Shown one piece after another: positions 61,176-64,000 of a stretch of DNA of 64,000 bases. Under the pieces are notes generated by a model. It was not told the DNA's origin, did not search any database, and was given only the letters and a program-made list of their open reading frames with translations. A program made the translations under genes and the position numbers. The stretch lies in sequence record AP018399.1; one strand, written 5' to 3'. The number at the start of each line of letters is the position of its first letter. Position 1 is the first letter of the stretch.

Positions 61176-62033
61176 TTACATCTTCTGGTCGGCGACGTTG
61201 TGGGTGTAGATGTAAGCGCCAGCAGTTTCACCAGCAGCGTATGAGTAACCGCCGATGTTTAGAACCTGCACTTCGACCATACCTACTTCGTCAACGGCAG
61301 CAACGGTATCCCAGAATGGTTCTTCCGAGAATTCAGAATGACCTTCGTAACGAACTGGTAGTTCGATGCCCGGTGTTAGGTCGGCTACCATCATCAAACC
61401 ACCATCGCGTAGGGTTAGCGGTGTTGACTTCGACACAACCAGCGTAGCACCGGTTGTCATAGTGACACGTACCGAGTCCTGATACTCTGGACGGTTGCTG
61501 CGGACTGCCATTGGCTGGAAGACCAAGGCATCGTCCATACCGAACAGGATATCACCAACAACGGCTTCGCCAGCGGTCTTGGTAGCAGTTACGTAAGAAG
61601 TTGCGGCAACACAGCCACCACCACCGCCGCCACTGAATGTAACGTAGCGCGAGATAGAAACCGGGAAGGTTAGGCTACCGGTTACAACCTGACCTGAATT
61701 GTCAGTTACCGTGTAGTTGACCTGTAGGTTACCAGTGATGCTTAGCGAACACATATTGCTGCCGGTGAAGCTGTAACCAAACTGCGGAGCCGAGCCTGAA
61801 CCACCGGGGAACGCCGACATATTCAAAGTACAATTGCTTGCGGTCGGAATTACCGGATACGAGAATGTCGTATTGTACGGAGCCACACCACCAGAAATTG
61901 AAAGGGCACACGAGTCCGTAGCTGTACCCGAGCCGCAAGCTGCGCTATACGACTGGCTTTCGCTGAACTGTGCGCAGCTACCCGGTGTGGATACGACTAG
62001 CTGCGGAATGATGTTGTTACATACGGTTGGCAT
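61176..62033 (-). CDS. virion/tail protein with C-terminal Hint (intein-like) domain
   Basis: Gly6-CV start of Hint at 61613; block B SKSTP; ends THN-VADQKM. Confidence 0.75.
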   Translation of the reverse strand: MPTVCNNIIPQLVVSTPGSCAQFSESQSYSAACGSGTATDSCALSISGGVAPYNTTFSYPVIPTASNCTLNMSAFPGGSGSAPQFGYSFTGSNMCSLSITGNLQVNYTVTDNSGQVVTGSLTFPVSISRYVTFSGGGGGGCVAATSYVTATKTAGEAVVGDILFGMDDALVFQPMAVRSNRPEYQDSVRVTMTTGATLVVSKSTPLTLRDGGLMMVADLTPGIELPVRYEGHSEFSEEPFWDTVAAVDEVGMVEVQVLNIGGYSYAAGETAGAYIYTHNVADQKM

Positions 62034-62047
62034 ATTATTCCTTAGTA

Positions 62048-63634
62048 TTAGCAGAAGCTTAGTTGAGTTCCGCGTTCATTATCAACAACAATGTAGTCGG
62101 ACACAATCTGCCATGTACGGTTGCTACCGCTGCTGGCAACTAGCGTTGGGGTCATGTGCATTGTGATAGTAAATGCACGGCTACCAACGTAAATTGTATC
62201 GGTCACTGTTTGTGCAGTCGTACCATACACCGTGCGGCTGTAGTTCGTAGAACCAACACCCGCGATGTTCACACGAATGTTGAAGTGATTAGCCGGGGTC
62301 GCATTGTAGTATTGCGTGTTGTTTCGAACCGGATTGATAGCAATGGTCTGAGTCGATGTAAAGCTTTGAGCAGTATTACATGCACAGTACGTAGTACACT
62401 GGTTATAGTTACCACTACCGCCAGATGAGTTAGTGAAGTATACAAGTGCGCCACCCGGAGAAGTTGCACACATAAATCCAGAACAGTAGCCGCCGTTGAA
62501 TCCGTTGTCCGGAGTTACACCCGGAACAATCAAACAAGCTGTTCGTGGTGTAGCTGTAGGTGTCGGAGTTGGTGTAGCTGGCATCGGAGCGTTCTTACAA
62601 ATCTGGACGCTTGACTGGTTCGGCGGAATGAATCCCGCAGTCTGGTCTAGTAGCGGACCAACTAGCGTACCATCAGTGCTTGCACACACGCCGTTGTAGT
62701 CACCCGAACGTGTTAGGGTGAACGAGTAACCCGCAGGCGGTGCCGGGTTGTTCAGCGTAATGGTGTAGCAAACCTGAGCGCCCGGTAGGATGTTGCCTGA
62801 TGGGCTGGCAGAAATGCTTAGTGCGTAGTTGATTTTGCTTGGCGTCGGAGTCGCGGACGGAGCCGGAGTGCTTGTGCGAGTGACAGTAGGCGTCGGAGTC
62901 GCAGACACACCCGGAGTCGGAGTGACAGACGGCGTTGGTGACACGACCGGCGTACTTGTACGAGTCGGTGTCGGTGTAGGGGTTGGCGATGGAGCCGGAG
63001 TTGCAGACGGAATCGGCAACTGAGTACCCAAGTTGACATTACCTTTAATGCCGACAATCAGGTAGTTCGCACAACCATAGGTTGGTGTTCCACTTCCTTC
63101 CGGATTGTAGAACATAGTTACATTGGCGTTTTCGTCTGTCAAACACTGCATGTAAGTGAATGTGCTGTCGAATACGAATGGCGAGACAATCCACGAACAT
63201 TCCGAGTAATCGAAAATGTAACCGTGCTGATTGACCGGACGAGGTAGCTGGCTACCGTGGGCGATTACGCCCCAATTGGCGGCAATGTCACCGACCATAC
63301 CCAGAGCAACCCATGAACCGCCGTTGAAAACGAATAGCGATTCCTGAGTGGTGTTGTACCAAAGTTGACCTTCAACCGGCGTCGATAGTAGACGCTTGGT
63401 TGTGTCAGCAATGAATGAGGTCTTGGTTAGGTCCGGAGCGCCGGGTAGTAGTGGGTTTTCTTCACAAGCGAAGTTCTCCAAAATGTGGAGGAAGTTCGCA
63501 TTCATGTCACGACCGTACTCTAGACGCTTTCTACCGAATAGCGAAATGTCAGTGCTTGAGTTGTTGACATTGGACTCTGAAATGGTAATCGGAGTCTTGT
63601 TCTTATTGGTAAATTTAACGTTGTAGTCAGTCAT
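62048..63634 (-). CDS. tail fibre/baseplate-type virion protein with PT tracts
   Basis: LFGRxxxEYG..NxNFLHILENFA, PVEGQLWYN; CATAAATA at 63657-63664. Confidence 0.75.
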   Translation of the reverse strand: MTDYNVKFTNKNKTPITISESNVNNSSTDISLFGRKRLEYGRDMNANFLHILENFACEENPLLPGAPDLTKTSFIADTTKRLLSTPVEGQLWYNTTQESLFVFNGGSWVALGMVGDIAANWGVIAHGSQLPRPVNQHGYIFDYSECSWIVSPFVFDSTFTYMQCLTDENANVTMFYNPEGSGTPTYGCANYLIVGIKGNVNLGTQLPIPSATPAPSPTPTPTPTRTSTPVVSPTPSVTPTPGVSATPTPTVTRTSTPAPSATPTPSKINYALSISASPSGNILPGAQVCYTITLNNPAPPAGYSFTLTRSGDYNGVCASTDGTLVGPLLDQTAGFIPPNQSSVQICKNAPMPATPTPTPTATPRTACLIVPGVTPDNGFNGGYCSGFMCATSPGGALVYFTNSSGGSGNYNQCTTYCACNTAQSFTSTQTIAINPVRNNTQYYNATPANHFNIRVNIAGVGSTNYSRTVYGTTAQTVTDTIYVGSRAFTITMHMTPTLVASSGSNRTWQIVSDYIVVDNERGTQLSFC

Positions 63635-63681
63635 TATGGTGTCTTATCAATAAGTCTATTTATGCGGTGAATCTTTACCGT

Positions 63682-64000
63682 TTATAGGCACTCGTTGTTT
63701 AGGCTTAGCTGTACCGTACCAACCGATGCCGTCGAGAATACTACCCCGGTAGATGCTCTACGCATCTGGAATGTACCTGAAATCATTCTCGTTGCTGGCG
63801 TACTTGGTGATGATGCCGTAGTTGTCCAAATGTAATTACGGCCTGTGCCTAGGTTGTACCACACTCCTGCTGTTAGGGAGTTTGGTGGCGAACCAGTGAA
63901 CATGATTTCGAAGTCGCCCGGATTCGGGGCGGAACCCAGCCAGTTACCAGCGTTACCCGGTGGAGCAACGGCCAAGCTTGAGCCTTCGGTAACCTGTCCA
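63682..64000 (-). CDS. C-terminal part of a virion protein, 5'-truncated by window edge
   Basis: frame stays open from 63975 to the window end (GQVTEGSSLAVAPP...). Confidence 0.65.
   Translation of the reverse strand, partial: GQVTEGSSLAVAPPGNAGNWLGSAPNPGDFEIMFTGSPPNSLTAGVWYNLGTGRNYIWTTTASSPSTPATRMISGTFQMRRASTGVVFSTASVGTVQLSLNNECL

Noticed and set aside
61197-61613. Mobile intein or homing element
   Set aside because: No endonuclease domain, no C-extein nucleophile, and it is at the protein end; treated as a Hint autoprocessing domain.
1-64000. Alternative genetic code (stop reassignment)
   Set aside because: Known genes are full length in code 11, and TAA, TGA and TAG all terminate genes.

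Overview
This window is part of a large lytic tailed-phage (jumbo myophage-like) genome with T4-superfamily traits. It has dense, often overlapping ORFs and host-type sigma70 promoters (TTGACA-17-TATAAT) on early genes. Virion-type genes carry T4-like late promoters (NATAAATA). Recognisable genes: Thg1, two glutaredoxins, macro domain, a protein-kinase-fold protein, two HAD nucleotidases, two MazG-like proteins, two GNATs, primase, ClpP-like and HslV-like proteases, NAD-dependent ligase, two-subunit topoisomerase II, an Acb1/57B-like 2H phosphodiesterase, DHFR, PhoH, a Pnkp-ligase/Hen1/kinase RNA-repair cluster, AlkB, dCMP deaminase, Nampt, NMNAT-Nudix, NADAR, Bfd, spanins, DEDDh exonuclease, dNMP kinase, a miniature DnaE-like protein and Pro/Thr-rich virion proteins. 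One further virion-type protein ends in a Hint domain. Main leads: (1) a 7-kb array of 13 highly diverged early genes sharing a C-terminal E-[FVI]-x-[ED]-F-[LI]-x-D-Y helix, beside a 680-bp non-coding hub with helically phased GTTAA sites and a mirrored strand skew; (2) a split Pnkp-Hen1 RNA repair system; (3) proteins with capsid-targeting-like N-termini, including a kinase and Acb1; (4) a stand-alone class II aaRS-like ligase coupled to a MazG-like gene. No tRNA, rRNA, CRISPR array, integrase or transposase was seen. All family calls come from motif recognition by eye; no searches or counts were run.
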